A stretch of 64,000 bases of DNA from an uncultured Ruminococcus sp. (GCA_964617165.1 CAZTWE010000001.1:6510-70509); one strand, 5' to 3'. Shown: positions 36,153 through 47,008, counted from the stretch's first letter. Notes: generated from the sequence alone by a model not told the origin. Numbers and translations are program-made.

Positions 36153-38681
36153 TTAATCGATAACCTTGTATCCCGCGTCGGTAACTATCTTTACAAGCTC
36201 TTCTGCGGCACATTCCCGGTTGAGTGTTATTATCGCATCCATTCTCTCATGAGATACATCTGCCGATGCTACCGCAGGATGAGCCTCAAGCGCTGATTTT
36301 ACTCTGCCTGAGCAATGAGGGCACATCATGCCTTGAATTTTCAATGTTACTGTTTTCATTTCTTTTACCTCGCTTTTGTTAATATTTGTTTGCATTTTAT
36401 CCTTGTTTTGTATTGGGCGGTAGAAATTCAACCTCAAGGCATTGCTCACCACAAGGAAGCTGGAAATACTCATTGCCAAAGCACCGAACATCGGCTGAAG
36501 CTCCCAACCGAACAAAGGTATAAAAGCTCCTGCGGCAAGCGGTATTCCTATAACGTTATAGCAAAATGCCCAGAAGAGGTTTTCGTATATATTGATAAGC
36601 ACCCGTCGGCCCAGCTTTATAGCTGAAGCAACGTCAAGAATACTGCTTCTCTTCAGGACAACGTCAGCGGAATCTATGGCAACGTCAGCCCCTGCTCCTA
36701 TTGCGATGCCCACGTCAGCCTCCGTAAGCGCTACCGAATCGTTAATTCCGTCACCAACCATGGCAACAGTTCCACTCTCGCTTGAAAGCTGCTTTACGTG
36801 TTTTGCCTTATCACCGGGAAGAACCTCGGCTATAACGCGCTCAATTCCGACCTGCTTTGCAACGTATTCCGCACACGCCCGATTGTCTCCCGTTATCATA
36901 ACGGAGGTTATTCCCATTTTACGAAGCTCGCGTACAGCCTCGGCACTGTCGTCTCTTATCCTGTCGGATATAGCAATCAGACCGAGAACGGTATCTTTTT
37001 TTGCAAATATGAGCACCGTTTTTCCCTCGCGCGAGAGCGAGTCATAATAGGAAAGCAAGCTTTTGGAAAGCAAGCTTTCGGAAAGCTCTGCACCGAGACT
37101 TTCATTTATATATTTGAGATTGCCGCCAAATATCCGCTCTGTGCAGATAACACCGCTTACTCCGCCTACATCGGCACGGAAATCCGTTGCCGCATCGGGA
37201 GTTATGTTTTTTTCATTCTTAGCGAACTCAACCACTGCTTTTGCCAGCGGATGCTCGCTTTTTATCTCCAGTGAATAGGCACAGCGAATAAGCTCTTCTT
37301 CGGTTGCTCCTATCGGTATAACGCTGTCAACCGCAGGTTTACCCACGGTAACGGTTCCCGTTTTATCAAAGGCAACGGTTTTTATTTTCCCCGATGCTTC
37401 AAGCGATGCGGCAGTCTTAAAGAGTATTCCGTGTTTTGCACCGACTCCGCTACCAACCATTACAGCAACGGGAGTAGCCAGCCCTAATGCGCAAGGACAG
37501 CTTATAACAAGAACGCAAACAGCTCTTGCAAGCGCATATCCTATTTCCCCATCGACCAGCATCCAGATCAGTGCGGTTACGAATGCTATGCACAGTACAA
37601 CAGGTACAAATACGCCTGCAACCTTATCCGCAGCCTTGGCAACGGGTGCCTTGCTGCCCGATGCCTCCTTAACCATTTTAATTACCTCAGCGATTGCGGT
37701 TTGCTCACCGACCTTTATCGCTCTGAGCTTCGCATAACCCGAAAGCACGGTCGTTGCTCCAAGAACCGTATCTCCTACGCCTAGATCGCGCGGAATACTT
37801 TCGCCTGTGAGTGCGGATTCGTCAACTGACAGCTCGCCCTCGCATATTTCGGCATCCGCGGGAACGTTTTCCCCTCGCTTTACGATAATAATATCACCGA
37901 CGGAAATATCTTTTGCAGGTATTACGACCTCGACACCGTCTCTTACCACCGTTGCCATTTTTGGAGTGAGGTCCATAAGTGAGCGTATCGCAGAGGTGGT
38001 TTTTCCTTTTGCGCGTGCTTCAAGAAGCTTACCGACAGTTATAAGAACGAGTATCATTGCCGCAGACTCAAAATAAAGCTCATGCAGTCTTTCGTGCATC
38101 ATACCGATATCCGAAGCCATGGCATCCGCGCTCATGGCATAAAGCACGCACACGCTATAGGCAAACGAGGCAAACGAGCCGAGCGCAACCAGGGTATCCA
38201 TATTCGGTGATAAATGCAAAATTCCTTTTACACCGCTTACAAAGAAATTCTTGTTTATCAGCATTATTACAAGCGAGAGCAGCATTTGAGTTATAGCAAC
38301 AGACAGCGCGTTGCCGTCAAGCGGAGGCGGCAGCGGCAAGCTCCACATCACGTGCCCCATTGAAATATACATGAGGAGCAAAAGCAACACAGCCGACGGT
38401 ACAAGGCGATAAAGAACGCCCCTTGCGGTACTCGACTCACCCTCTCGCGGCACATCAGAGGTGCCTCTATTTTCGGTTCCCTCAACACTTGCAGAGTAGC
38501 CTGCAGAGGTAACTGCCGCAATGATCGCATCATCGCTCACGTCTCCCTCAACGCTCATGCTGCCGAGCAACAGATTTACCTCGCAGCTTTGCACGCCGCT
38601 GACTCCTTTGACGCTCTTCTCTACCCTTGCAACACATGCGGCACAGTTCATGCCGCCTACCTTATATTTTTTCTTCATCAT
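36153..38681 (-). CDS. copA: copper-translocating P1B-type ATPase with N- and C-terminal HMA domains
   Basis: N-terminal GMNCAAC, SCPCALGLATP (CPC), FDKTGTVT, MITGDN, VGDGINDS, and a C-terminal second HMA domain (LKIQGMMCPHCSGRV). Confidence 0.92.
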   Translation of the reverse strand: MMKKKYKVGGMNCAACVARVEKSVKGVSGVQSCEVNLLLGSMSVEGDVSDDAIIAAVTSAGYSASVEGTENRGTSDVPREGESSTARGVLYRLVPSAVLLLLLMYISMGHVMWSLPLPPPLDGNALSVAITQMLLSLVIMLINKNFFVSGVKGILHLSPNMDTLVALGSFASFAYSVCVLYAMSADAMASDIGMMHERLHELYFESAAMILVLITVGKLLEARAKGKTTSAIRSLMDLTPKMATVVRDGVEVVIPAKDISVGDIIIVKRGENVPADAEICEGELSVDESALTGESIPRDLGVGDTVLGATTVLSGYAKLRAIKVGEQTAIAEVIKMVKEASGSKAPVAKAADKVAGVFVPVVLCIAFVTALIWMLVDGEIGYALARAVCVLVISCPCALGLATPVAVMVGSGVGAKHGILFKTAASLEASGKIKTVAFDKTGTVTVGKPAVDSVIPIGATEEELIRCAYSLEIKSEHPLAKAVVEFAKNEKNITPDAATDFRADVGGVSGVICTERIFGGNLKYINESLGAELSESLLSKSLLSYYDSLSREGKTVLIFAKKDTVLGLIAISDRIRDDSAEAVRELRKMGITSVMITGDNRACAEYVAKQVGIERVIAEVLPGDKAKHVKQLSSESGTVAMVGDGINDSVALTEADVGIAIGAGADVAIDSADVVLKRSSILDVASAIKLGRRVLINIYENLFWAFCYNVIGIPLAAGAFIPLFGWELQPMFGALAMSISSFLVVSNALRLNFYRPIQNKDKMQTNINKSEVKEMKTVTLKIQGMMCPHCSGRVKSALEAHPAVASADVSHERMDAIITLNRECAAEELVKIVTDAGYKVID

Positions 38682-38977
38682 TTCATCAAACCTTCCAAAA
38701 GCTTGGATAATTCCTCAGCGGCACCATCGCGCCCAGCTCTTATATCGCTTAAAACACAGGTGTTTATATGCTCTGTAAGCATCGCCCGTGACAGTGCTGA
38801 GAGCGCAGATGCGGCTGCGGATATTTGTATTATTATATCCGGACAGTATGCATCCTCTTCTATCATTCGCTTGATGCCTCTTATCTGCCCCTCTATCCTG
38901 CTCGTACGGTTTATCAAGCTTTTCTTTTCATCGTCGCCCCTGTGCTTTTGGCGACATTCACACTTGCAATTACTCAC
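38678..38977 (-). CDS. csoR: CsoR-family copper-sensing repressor
   Basis: RIEGQIRGIKRMIEEDAYCPDIIIQISA...TEHINTC (the C-H-C ligand pattern). GTG start with GGAGGG RBS. Overlaps copA by 4 nt. Confidence 0.85.
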   Translation of the reverse strand: MSNCKCECRQKHRGDDEKKSLINRTSRIEGQIRGIKRMIEEDAYCPDIIIQISAAASALSALSRAMLTEHINTCVLSDIRAGRDGAAEELSKLLEGLMK

Positions 38978-39012
38978 GTTACCCTCCTTATAACTTTATT
39001 TCTTACGTGTAT

Positions 39013-39041
39013 ATTATATACCCCCCATGGGTATTTGTCAA
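39013..39041 (-). promoter_or_regulatory. consensus promoter of csoR-copA with a CsoR-type operator in the spacer
   Basis: Minus strand reads TTGACA (39041-39036), 17 nt, TATAAT (39018-39013). The spacer contains ATACCC-N5-GGGTAT (39018-39034), matching the GC-tract pseudo-palindrome class of CsoR operators. Confidence 0.65.
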
Positions 39042-39180
39042 CATAAAAATGCCTATTTTAAAGATAGGCAATAATTTTTTCTAAAAAACTGATGCTTTTT
39101 CCCGGTTATTATGATAGAATATACTTATCATATCCGAGCACTTTAATATTCATTCGTGCGCGGCTGTTATCGGAGGTTAT

Positions 39181-40512
39181 ATGAATTCGAAATTTACAAA
39201 AAGAAGCTTTACCGTACTCTTGCTCTTTGGTATTATAGGTCAGATAGCATGGGCGGTTGAAAACATGTATTTCAATCTCTTTGTCTTTGACACTATAGAG
39301 CCTAATCTGAATGCTATCACTCTCATGGTTCAGTCAAGCGGAATTGCCGCAACCGTTGCAACGCTCATTGCGGGCACCGTATCGGACAAGCTCGGAAACA
39401 GGCGCTCCTTTATAAGCATAGGCTACATAATATGGGGTATAACCGTGATGCTCTTCGGATTTATAGCACCCGAATACGCATCGAAGCTTTTCGGGATCTC
39501 CGAGGAAGGTGCCGTACGTCTGTGCCTTATTACAGTTATTGTCGGTGACTGCATTATGACACTTTTCGGCTCATCCGCAAACGATGCTGCTTTCTCCTCA
39601 TGGGTCACTGACAATACGGACAACACAAACAGAGGTAGGATAGAAAGCATTGTCGCGATCTTCCCGCTTCTCTCTCTTTTGATAGTCGCAGGAGGCTTTG
39701 GCATTATTAAAGAGGCTATCGGATATCGCCTTATGTTTCTCCTTCTCGGTGCTGTGATAAGCATCTCGGGAATTGCCGGTATTTTTATTATACGTGACAG
39801 TGATACGCTCAGGCAAAACGGAACCCTCCGCGATATGCTTTACGGCTTTAAACCGTCCGTAATAAAGAGTAACACACCGTTTTATATGGCTCTTCTCATA
39901 ACCTGTATATATTCAATAGCATGTCAGGTATTTATGCCTTATCTCATAATCTATATGACCGAGTATCTTCATTTTGAGGTTATTGAATACAGTCTTGTTT
40001 TCGGTCTCGCGATACTTCTCGGAGCTACTGTAAATCTCTTTCTCGGAAAGCTATCCGACAAGGTAAACAAGATAAACTGCATGTACGTAGCAACCGCCGT
40101 TTTCGCCGCAGGGCTTTTTGCAATGTATCTTTCGCACGGCTTCGGTAAGCTCGCCACAATAATGACGTTCGGTATCAGCGGTTTCGTAATGATATGCGGC
40201 TACATATACATATCGGCTCTTACCGGTGCAATAGTGCGCGATTACACTCCAAAAGAGGATACGGGAAAGCTGCAGGGTGTCAGAATGTTATTCTTCGTGC
40301 TCATCCCAATGCTGGTAGGCCCTGCGATCGGTAATGCCATAAATGCAGCAAAAGGAGAGCGACTCTCGGATCAGTCAAGCGCGGATACGATGACCACTCT
40401 GTTTATTCCCGCATCTGAAATATTCCTTGCAGGTGCGCTTATATCACTTATACTCTTCGCGCTTATTCCGATACTCTCAAGGCTCGCAAATAAATCGACC
40501 GGCGACAAGTAA
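39181..40512 (+). CDS. MFS transporter
   Basis: 443 aa with about 12 hydrophobic helices. Loop motif GTVSDKLGNRRS lies between TM2 and TM3. Confidence 0.7.
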   Translation: MNSKFTKRSFTVLLLFGIIGQIAWAVENMYFNLFVFDTIEPNLNAITLMVQSSGIAATVATLIAGTVSDKLGNRRSFISIGYIIWGITVMLFGFIAPEYASKLFGISEEGAVRLCLITVIVGDCIMTLFGSSANDAAFSSWVTDNTDNTNRGRIESIVAIFPLLSLLIVAGGFGIIKEAIGYRLMFLLLGAVISISGIAGIFIIRDSDTLRQNGTLRDMLYGFKPSVIKSNTPFYMALLITCIYSIACQVFMPYLIIYMTEYLHFEVIEYSLVFGLAILLGATVNLFLGKLSDKVNKINCMYVATAVFAAGLFAMYLSHGFGKLATIMTFGISGFVMICGYIYISALTGAIVRDYTPKEDTGKLQGVRMLFFVLIPMLVGPAIGNAINAAKGERLSDQSSADTMTTLFIPASEIFLAGALISLILFALIPILSRLANKSTGDK

Positions 40513-40524
40513 ATATTTATTTAT

Positions 40525-40574
40525 AAAAAAGTGCTCTCCCATACGAAAAACGTGTTACGGGTGAGCACTTTTTA
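40525..40574. terminator. bidirectional terminator
   Basis: AAAAAAGTGCTCTCCC (40525-40540) pairs with GGGTGAGCACTTTTT (40559-40573), with one mismatch. It lies between convergent genes. Confidence 0.65.
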
Positions 40575-40576
40575 TA

Positions 40577-41524
40577 CTATATAAGCGGCATAAGGAGCAT
40601 CAGCAACGGCAGCGTAGCTATGCTCAGTATGGTACTGACAAGAACAAGATTTGCCGCAGAGTCCTGCCCCTCTCCTATTATCTCGGAGAAATTAAGAACT
40701 ATGGATGCCGCAGGGCAAGCGCAGGTCACAAAAAGAGTTCTTCGAAGATCGGCATCAACGTCCTTAAATATGAGAACCACGCAAAAGGCAATAAGCGGCA
40801 TAACGACGTGCTTTATGGCTATTGTTGCATATATGCGAAGATCTGCGAATACACGTTTGAGATCCATTGTGGCAAGGCGCATGCCCATTACTATCATGGA
40901 AAGCGGAGTTGCCATTCTGGCGGTGTACTCTATCATATTGTCTACCTCAACGCTGAAATCTATCCTCAAAACGTATATCAGAACAGCCACTACCGCACCT
41001 ATCATTGCAGGATTGAGGAATATTTGCTTTACGGATATGTACTTTGTATTCTGAGAGATTATCGCAGAGCCGACAGTCCATCCGAGCACGTTCATAACCA
41101 CAGCGTAAACCGTTGTATAAACGATCAGCTCCGAAGCAACCTCGGGCATAAGAGCCTCAATGATCGGTATTCCGAAAAAGGCGCAATTTCCGAAGGTGGT
41201 TCCTATCGTAATAATTCTGTAAATAGGCTCCTTTGCCTTTTTACGAAGCACAAGGTACGCACCGCCCAGCATAACAGCGTGTATCAAAATTATGAGCAAA
41301 GCAAAGATACCGAGGTTGATCAGTACCTCTGTCGAAAATTCCAGCATGCTGAAGCTGAAAACCGCAAGGCACGGCTGGCAGACGAACAGAAGCACCTTTG
41401 AAAATCCGGGAATGCACTGCTCCCCTATCATCCGCTTTTTCATAAGAATATAACCCGGCACTGCTATTATAAGCAGCAAGGCTACCGCTTTAAGTGCAAT
41501 AAATAAAGTTGACATATCTATCAA
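40577..41524 (-). CDS. AEC-family (auxin-efflux-carrier-type) permease
   Basis: 315 aa, about 10 TM helices in two halves. Overlaps the upstream gene by 4 nt. Confidence 0.6.
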   Translation of the reverse strand: MIDMSTLFIALKAVALLLIIAVPGYILMKKRMIGEQCIPGFSKVLLFVCQPCLAVFSFSMLEFSTEVLINLGIFALLIILIHAVMLGGAYLVLRKKAKEPIYRIITIGTTFGNCAFFGIPIIEALMPEVASELIVYTTVYAVVMNVLGWTVGSAIISQNTKYISVKQIFLNPAMIGAVVAVLIYVLRIDFSVEVDNMIEYTARMATPLSMIVMGMRLATMDLKRVFADLRIYATIAIKHVVMPLIAFCVVLIFKDVDADLRRTLFVTCACPAASIVLNFSEIIGEGQDSAANLVLVSTILSIATLPLLMLLMPLI

Positions 41525-42795
41525 AAACCTCTGACAATATACGTATCGTTATAAGGAAGCGAAACGAGATCTACAAGCGACCATTTATCGCGGATCTCAA
41601 GCTCACTCTCAAGTGCCTCTACCATTTCCAAAAAACGCTTATTTGCCACAAGTGCGTAGAAATCATCGAAATATCCGTACTCATCTTTTCCGAGATACGC
41701 ACTCTCCTCGCACTCGTTACGGTAAATAAATCCGCTGCCGATAAACGAATTGCCATCATCGGAAGAGCTGTCATCCACGCGCCCGAGCTCATATACCTCA
41801 AGCCCGAAGGCAGCATCGGTAAATGCGCTGTATTTTGCCGATAGCTCGGTTTCAAACGCCGATCCGTCTGTGATATAGCAGTCATAGAGCTCTACGTTAT
41901 TTTCCTTTTGATATTTAAGCCATATATCCTCATAAAGAGCAAGCTCGTACTTACCGTCGATAATTCCCTGAAGCTTCTCTATGTCAGCGAGTCTCTCAGC
42001 ACGTTCATCCGAGGAAAGCTCACGGGTCGTGTACTTATTATCATCACCGATAACGGGATTGCCCTCCTCATCGTAAACGTAAGTGTTTTCAGTCCTTATA
42101 AACAGGAAGCTGACACGCGCGTATCTGCTGTAAAATTCCTCGCAAAACGCCGTATCGGATGCTATTCCTTCACCGTTTGAGCCAAAGAGCTTTGTTATGA
42201 CAAAATTGGTTTTATAAAGCATTTCCGTAGCCGTTACAAAATCGTCAAAATCAAAGCCGTACTTTGCAGCTTCCTCGTTGAAGGTATCAACGTCTCCGCT
42301 ATGTCTGTAGTTGAGTATCTCCTGCGTTGCCACAGCGATCTCGGCTCTGTCCTCATAATCCAGCTTTGCGCCCGAATCGAAAATACTGTTCGCAATAACT
42401 ACGTACTTGATATTGGTTTCTACGTATATGCGCAGATAATCGGCGTAGGTAGTAGTAACGTCCGGATGCACCTTCTGACTCCAGAATGCCTTAGTATCTG
42501 CAACGTTTCCGCTGGCACCAAGACTATCGGCAAGTATAGCCTTGTATTTTGCCTTGTAATACGATGCCAGATAGTTTGTAACGCCCTCATCAATTCCAAC
42601 ACCGTCAACGTACATAACGTAGGAAGCATTGCGTACGGCAAGAACTATTCCGAGAACTATACCCAGAATTATAGCAGCTCCGACGAGTGCGCTTACTATT
42701 ATTATCACAAGCCGACGCGTTTTCTTTCCGCTATCGCTCTCCTTTTGCAAGGCGGCTGACTCAGGCTGCTTTTGTTTTTTAATTTTTCTGCTCAT
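41521..42795 (-). CDS. membrane-anchored hypothetical protein (position of the PrsA/SurA-like foldase downstream of mfd; no PPIase motif seen)
   Basis: Basic N-terminus, one TM helix (LVIIIVSALVGAAIILGIVLGIVLAV), then an acidic extracytoplasmic domain of about 370 aa with no catalytic motif I recognise. Confidence 0.35.
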   Translation of the reverse strand: MSRKIKKQKQPESAALQKESDSGKKTRRLVIIIVSALVGAAIILGIVLGIVLAVRNASYVMYVDGVGIDEGVTNYLASYYKAKYKAILADSLGASGNVADTKAFWSQKVHPDVTTTYADYLRIYVETNIKYVVIANSIFDSGAKLDYEDRAEIAVATQEILNYRHSGDVDTFNEEAAKYGFDFDDFVTATEMLYKTNFVITKLFGSNGEGIASDTAFCEEFYSRYARVSFLFIRTENTYVYDEEGNPVIGDDNKYTTRELSSDERAERLADIEKLQGIIDGKYELALYEDIWLKYQKENNVELYDCYITDGSAFETELSAKYSAFTDAAFGLEVYELGRVDDSSSDDGNSFIGSGFIYRNECEESAYLGKDEYGYFDDFYALVANKRFLEMVEALESELEIRDKWSLVDLVSLPYNDTYIVRGF

Positions 42796-42807
42796 TTTCC
42801 GTTTCCT

Positions 42808-45800
42808 TTATCCTTTAGAATTCATTTCTTTGTAATACTCCTGCGCGATAGTGCAGAGCGCGTTTACCGGATCCTCACCGCGCCCGAGCTTATATACTAT
42901 CGGTGCGGGCCCCGCGGCTCCCATGAGCCGACCGTCATGCTTATCAAGCAGCATCGACCACACTGCAAGATCGGGCTTGTCGGTATGGAACAGTATAGAC
43001 GTACCGCGTAACTCGACACGGGGTATCCTTGCTGCTTCTGCAACGGCTCTTGAAAGTGCTATCCTCAAAAGCCTGTCAACGGGCTTTGGAACGTCACCGA
43101 AGCGGTCTGTAAGCTCATCGTATATATCGCGCATATCACTCGGTGTTTTTATGTGTGATATTTTCTTGTATATCTCCATTCTGAACGCACTTCGTGAAAT
43201 ATAGTATTCGGGAATATTGGCATCGACCTTAAAATCGATATTCGATTCAAAGCCCCCCTCGCGTGCAATACCGCGTTCTTCAAGCACTGCTTCGTTAAGC
43301 AGCTTAACGTAAAGGTCGTAACCGACACTGTCTATATATCCGTGCTGCTCAGCACCGAGAAGATTTCCTGCACCGCGGATCTCAAGGTCGCAAAGCGCAA
43401 CCTTAAAGCCTGCACCGAACTCAGCATAACGCCTTATAGCCTCCAGGCGTTTTTTTGCTATATCGCTCAGTGCCTTACCGGGTCTGTAAGTGAAATAAGC
43501 ATAAGCCTGACGCTCGCTTCTTCCGACACGCCCCCGTATCTGATGCAGCTGAGATAGTCCCATTTTATCCGCATTCTCAATAATCAGCGTGTTCGCTGAC
43601 GGCAGATCAATACCCGTCTCGATTATAGTCGTACATACGAGAACGTCTATCTCTCCCGCAACGAGAGATTGCCAGATATCTTCAAGCTCATCCCGTTCCA
43701 TTCTCCCGTGCGCATACGCAACTCTTGCCTCGGGTATCTCTGACATTATCTTTGCAGCAACGTGATCTATACTTTCTATGTTGTTATAGAGATACAGCAC
43801 CTGACCGCTTCTCGAAATCTCGCGCCTTATGGCATCATATATCACTATCTCATCATGTTCAAGAACGTAAGTCTGCACCGGTCGGCGGTTTTCGGGTGCT
43901 TCATCAAGCACCGACATATCACTGATGCCGTTGATAGCCATATTGAGAGTTCTTGGGATAGGCGTTGCGGAAAGGGTCAGCACGTCAACCCCGGCAAACT
44001 GCTCTTTAAGCCTTTCCTTTTGCGCAACTCCGAATCTCTGCTCCTCGTCAACGATCAGAAGTCCGAGATCCCTGAATTCTATTTTTTTGCCAAGAAGCTT
44101 GTGCGTGCCGATAAGAATATCTATCTTGCCCTGCTTCAGCTCCTCGATTATCCTTGATTGCTCGCGAGGCGTTTTAAATCGCGACAGCATCTCTACAGTT
44201 ACGGGATAACCTCTCATTCGGGAAACCGCTGTCTGATAATGCTGCAATGTAAGGATAGTTGTGGGCACCAAAATGGCTACCTGCTTTCCGCCCATAATAG
44301 CCTTAAACGCAGCACGCAGTGCCACCTCTGTCTTTCCAAAGCCAACGTCTCCGCAAAGAAGTCTGTTCATCGGTGATGGGCTTGTCATATCCGATTTTAT
44401 ATCTGAGATAGCCGCAAGCTGTGACTCGGTCTCCACGTATTCAAAATCCGATGCAAACTCATCCTCAAGCTCGGAATCGGGCGGAAAGGCGAAGCCCGGA
44501 GTTCTCTTTCTCTCAGCGTACAGCTTTATGAGTTTTTCTGCAATATCACGCACCGCTGATTTAGCACGGGTCTTAGCTCTATGCCAATCGGTACCGCCCA
44601 TTTTAGAGAGCTTGACACTTCCGTCCTCTTCCCTTGCACCTATGTATTTTCCTATCATCTCAAGTCGGTCACAGGGTACGAAAAGCTTATCGGTGCCTGC
44701 ATAGCGTATGGTTATATAATCCTTTGTAACACCGTCTATGCGAACGCTCTGCATGCCCTCAAAAAGTCCTATACCGTAATTCGCGTGAACAACGTAATCA
44801 CCGACCTCAAGATCGGCATAGCTCATTATGCGCTGACCTGCTCCGCCGGAGCGCCTGAGAATTCTTTGCCTGCGCCTGTGAGCCATGACAGCCCTTCCCT
44901 CGTCTTTTGCCATCGAAAGCAGTGCTATTTTCGGCATGATAAGATCAAAGCCCTCAAGATCGCCTATAATGACACTTATAGAAGCTCTGTCGGGAAGCAC
45001 CAGGCTCTCGGGATCCCTTTGCTCCGTCAGGGTGAAGCCCTGCTCGGTGAGTAATTTTTTGGTTGCCTCCGCGCCCTGCTTGTTCTCGCTTTGTATAATG
45101 ATGCGATATCCGCTGTTTATATAGCTGTTTATATCCTCAAGGAGCATGGACGGATTGTTTCCGTACGAAACCGTTCTTTTGCATCGGAAGCCGAAAATTC
45201 CACCTACCTCGCCCATTCCCGAGGTTCCCGCAAAGGGATTTATATGAAGCACGGGTACCCGCGAAAGATACTTTTTATAAAAATCCGCACTCGCGGAATA
45301 TGCCGCGCACTCTTTAGTTATCAATCCGCTCGCAAGCATTCCATCTGCCGCTTTGTCAATAACGTCAAGATGCTTTTTCAAAGCCTCGTTACATTCGGAT
45401 GTTCCGAATATCAGCGTTGCACACTTGCCTACGGAAAGAAAATAATCGAGGAGCGATACGCATTTTTCGTATATTATTCCAAGATACTTATCCCTTGAAT
45501 TGAGTACCTCTGCCCCCTCAAGCTCGCAAAGCTCCCTTTTCAGTGCAGTACGAACACTGTCGCCCTCGGCATGCGAATAAAGACGCTCGACCGTGCTCCG
45601 CACGCGCTCTCTTGCCGAGCTGCTAATCATAACCTCTATTGCAGGCATAAGCTTAACTTCATCAAGTGCCGATATCGCTCGCTGAGTAATCGCATCAAAT
45701 GATACAAGTCTATCTATCTCATCCCCGAAAAACTCAACACGTACCGGGTCTGCATCGGCATCGGCAGAGAAATCAACGATACCTCCGCGGCGAGCGAATT

Positions 45801-46332
45801 GCCCTGCGGATTCCACAAGCTCGCATCTCACAAAGCCAAGTGTCAGCAGCTTTTCGCAAAGCAGCTCGGGAGATATCTGTTGCCCCACACTGAGGGTCGT
45901 AACAAGAGATGTAAGTATATCGTAAGGTACCGTTGCCTGCACTGCGGCATCGGGCGTAGTCACTATCACGTCCGCCTCCGCAGATATAAGGGACAGAAGC
46001 ACCGAGAGCCTCTCACGTTCATTATCGTGAGAGGCAGAAATGCTATGAAAGACAAAATCTCGTTTTTTGTAACAAAAAGCTCTCAGCCCCGCATCGGCAA
46101 GCATCCCGCAAAGCTTCTCGCAGAGTGCCTCACTCGGAACCAGCACAAGAACGGGGGAGCTTCCCGACAGCTCCCTTGCACACTCTATAACGTATGCATA
46201 GGATGCACCGCCGCAAAGACCGTTTATTATAACGGGTAGCGAAGTTTCATTCTTCATCTGCTCCGTCACCGCATCAACAGATGCCAAGAACTCCTTATCC
46301 CGCGTTATAAGAGATGTGATCCTATTCATCAA
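42808..46332 (-). CDS. mfd: transcription-repair coupling factor
   Basis: 1174 aa. RNAP-interacting CarD-like region (DYVVHANYGIG), SF2 helicase motifs (LLCGDVGFGKTEVA, DEEQRFGV, LSATPIPRT), and position downstream of pth. Confidence 0.95.
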   Translation of the reverse strand: MMNRITSLITRDKEFLASVDAVTEQMKNETSLPVIINGLCGGASYAYVIECARELSGSSPVLVLVPSEALCEKLCGMLADAGLRAFCYKKRDFVFHSISASHDNERERLSVLLSLISAEADVIVTTPDAAVQATVPYDILTSLVTTLSVGQQISPELLCEKLLTLGFVRCELVESAGQFARRGGIVDFSADADADPVRVEFFGDEIDRLVSFDAITQRAISALDEVKLMPAIEVMISSSARERVRSTVERLYSHAEGDSVRTALKRELCELEGAEVLNSRDKYLGIIYEKCVSLLDYFLSVGKCATLIFGTSECNEALKKHLDVIDKAADGMLASGLITKECAAYSASADFYKKYLSRVPVLHINPFAGTSGMGEVGGIFGFRCKRTVSYGNNPSMLLEDINSYINSGYRIIIQSENKQGAEATKKLLTEQGFTLTEQRDPESLVLPDRASISVIIGDLEGFDLIMPKIALLSMAKDEGRAVMAHRRRQRILRRSGGAGQRIMSYADLEVGDYVVHANYGIGLFEGMQSVRIDGVTKDYITIRYAGTDKLFVPCDRLEMIGKYIGAREEDGSVKLSKMGGTDWHRAKTRAKSAVRDIAEKLIKLYAERKRTPGFAFPPDSELEDEFASDFEYVETESQLAAISDIKSDMTSPSPMNRLLCGDVGFGKTEVALRAAFKAIMGGKQVAILVPTTILTLQHYQTAVSRMRGYPVTVEMLSRFKTPREQSRIIEELKQGKIDILIGTHKLLGKKIEFRDLGLLIVDEEQRFGVAQKERLKEQFAGVDVLTLSATPIPRTLNMAINGISDMSVLDEAPENRRPVQTYVLEHDEIVIYDAIRREISRSGQVLYLYNNIESIDHVAAKIMSEIPEARVAYAHGRMERDELEDIWQSLVAGEIDVLVCTTIIETGIDLPSANTLIIENADKMGLSQLHQIRGRVGRSERQAYAYFTYRPGKALSDIAKKRLEAIRRYAEFGAGFKVALCDLEIRGAGNLLGAEQHGYIDSVGYDLYVKLLNEAVLEERGIAREGGFESNIDFKVDANIPEYYISRSAFRMEIYKKISHIKTPSDMRDIYDELTDRFGDVPKPVDRLLRIALSRAVAEAARIPRVELRGTSILFHTDKPDLAVWSMLLDKHDGRLMGAAGPAPIVYKLGRGEDPVNALCTIAQEYYKEMNSKG

Positions 46333-46349
46333 AAATCCTTTTTAAGATA

Positions 46350-46973
46350 CTATTTGGAATACTTGTTCATCGCTTCTTCTGTTTTTCCCGAAAGCATAAG
46401 CTCAACAGAGGCGATTATCGCCTCACATTCTTCACTGAGAGTCGCAAGATCGTCAGATGAAAATTTGCCAAGGACAAAGTCCACTAAATCGTAATCGGGC
46501 AAGGGCTTCTTTCCAACGCCTATCTTTATTCTGGGGAAGGTATCCGCACCGAGATGAGCAATTATGCTCTTCAAGCCGTTATGACCTCCTGCTGAGCCCT
46601 TGCGACGTATGCGCATAACACCGACGTCAAAGCTTATCTCATCGTGAAGCACTATAATATTCTCGGGTGATATTTTGTAAAACGCGGCCGCTTCGGCTAT
46701 CGCTACGCCCGAATTATTCATAAAGGTCGTAGGCTTCATAAGCAATACACGGGTACCCGAAATATTAGCCTCGGCTACCGTTGCATGAAATTTCAAGCGG
46801 TCTATTTTTACACCGTACTTCTGTGCGAGAGCATCAATGGCGATAAAGCCTGCATTATGCCTCGTTTTTTCGTATTCCGCACCTACGTTTCCAAGACCTA
46901 CGACAATATGAGTTATAGGCCCTGTGGCACAGGTGCTTTCTATTTTTTTAAACAAATCAAAAATATTCGCCAT
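46350..46973 (-). CDS. pth: peptidyl-tRNA hydrolase
   Basis: VVGLGNVGAEYEKTRHNAGF, GSAGGHNGLKSI. There is an N-terminal extension of about 20 aa relative to typical Pth. Confidence 0.9.
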   Translation of the reverse strand: MANIFDLFKKIESTCATGPITHIVVGLGNVGAEYEKTRHNAGFIAIDALAQKYGVKIDRLKFHATVAEANISGTRVLLMKPTTFMNNSGVAIAEAAAFYKISPENIIVLHDEISFDVGVMRIRRKGSAGGHNGLKSIIAHLGADTFPRIKIGVGKKPLPDYDLVDFVLGKFSSDDLATLSEECEAIIASVELMLSGKTEEAMNKYSK

Positions 46974-47008
46974 CAGATCATCCTGCTATGTCGGCTGACA
47001 AGCTATTG

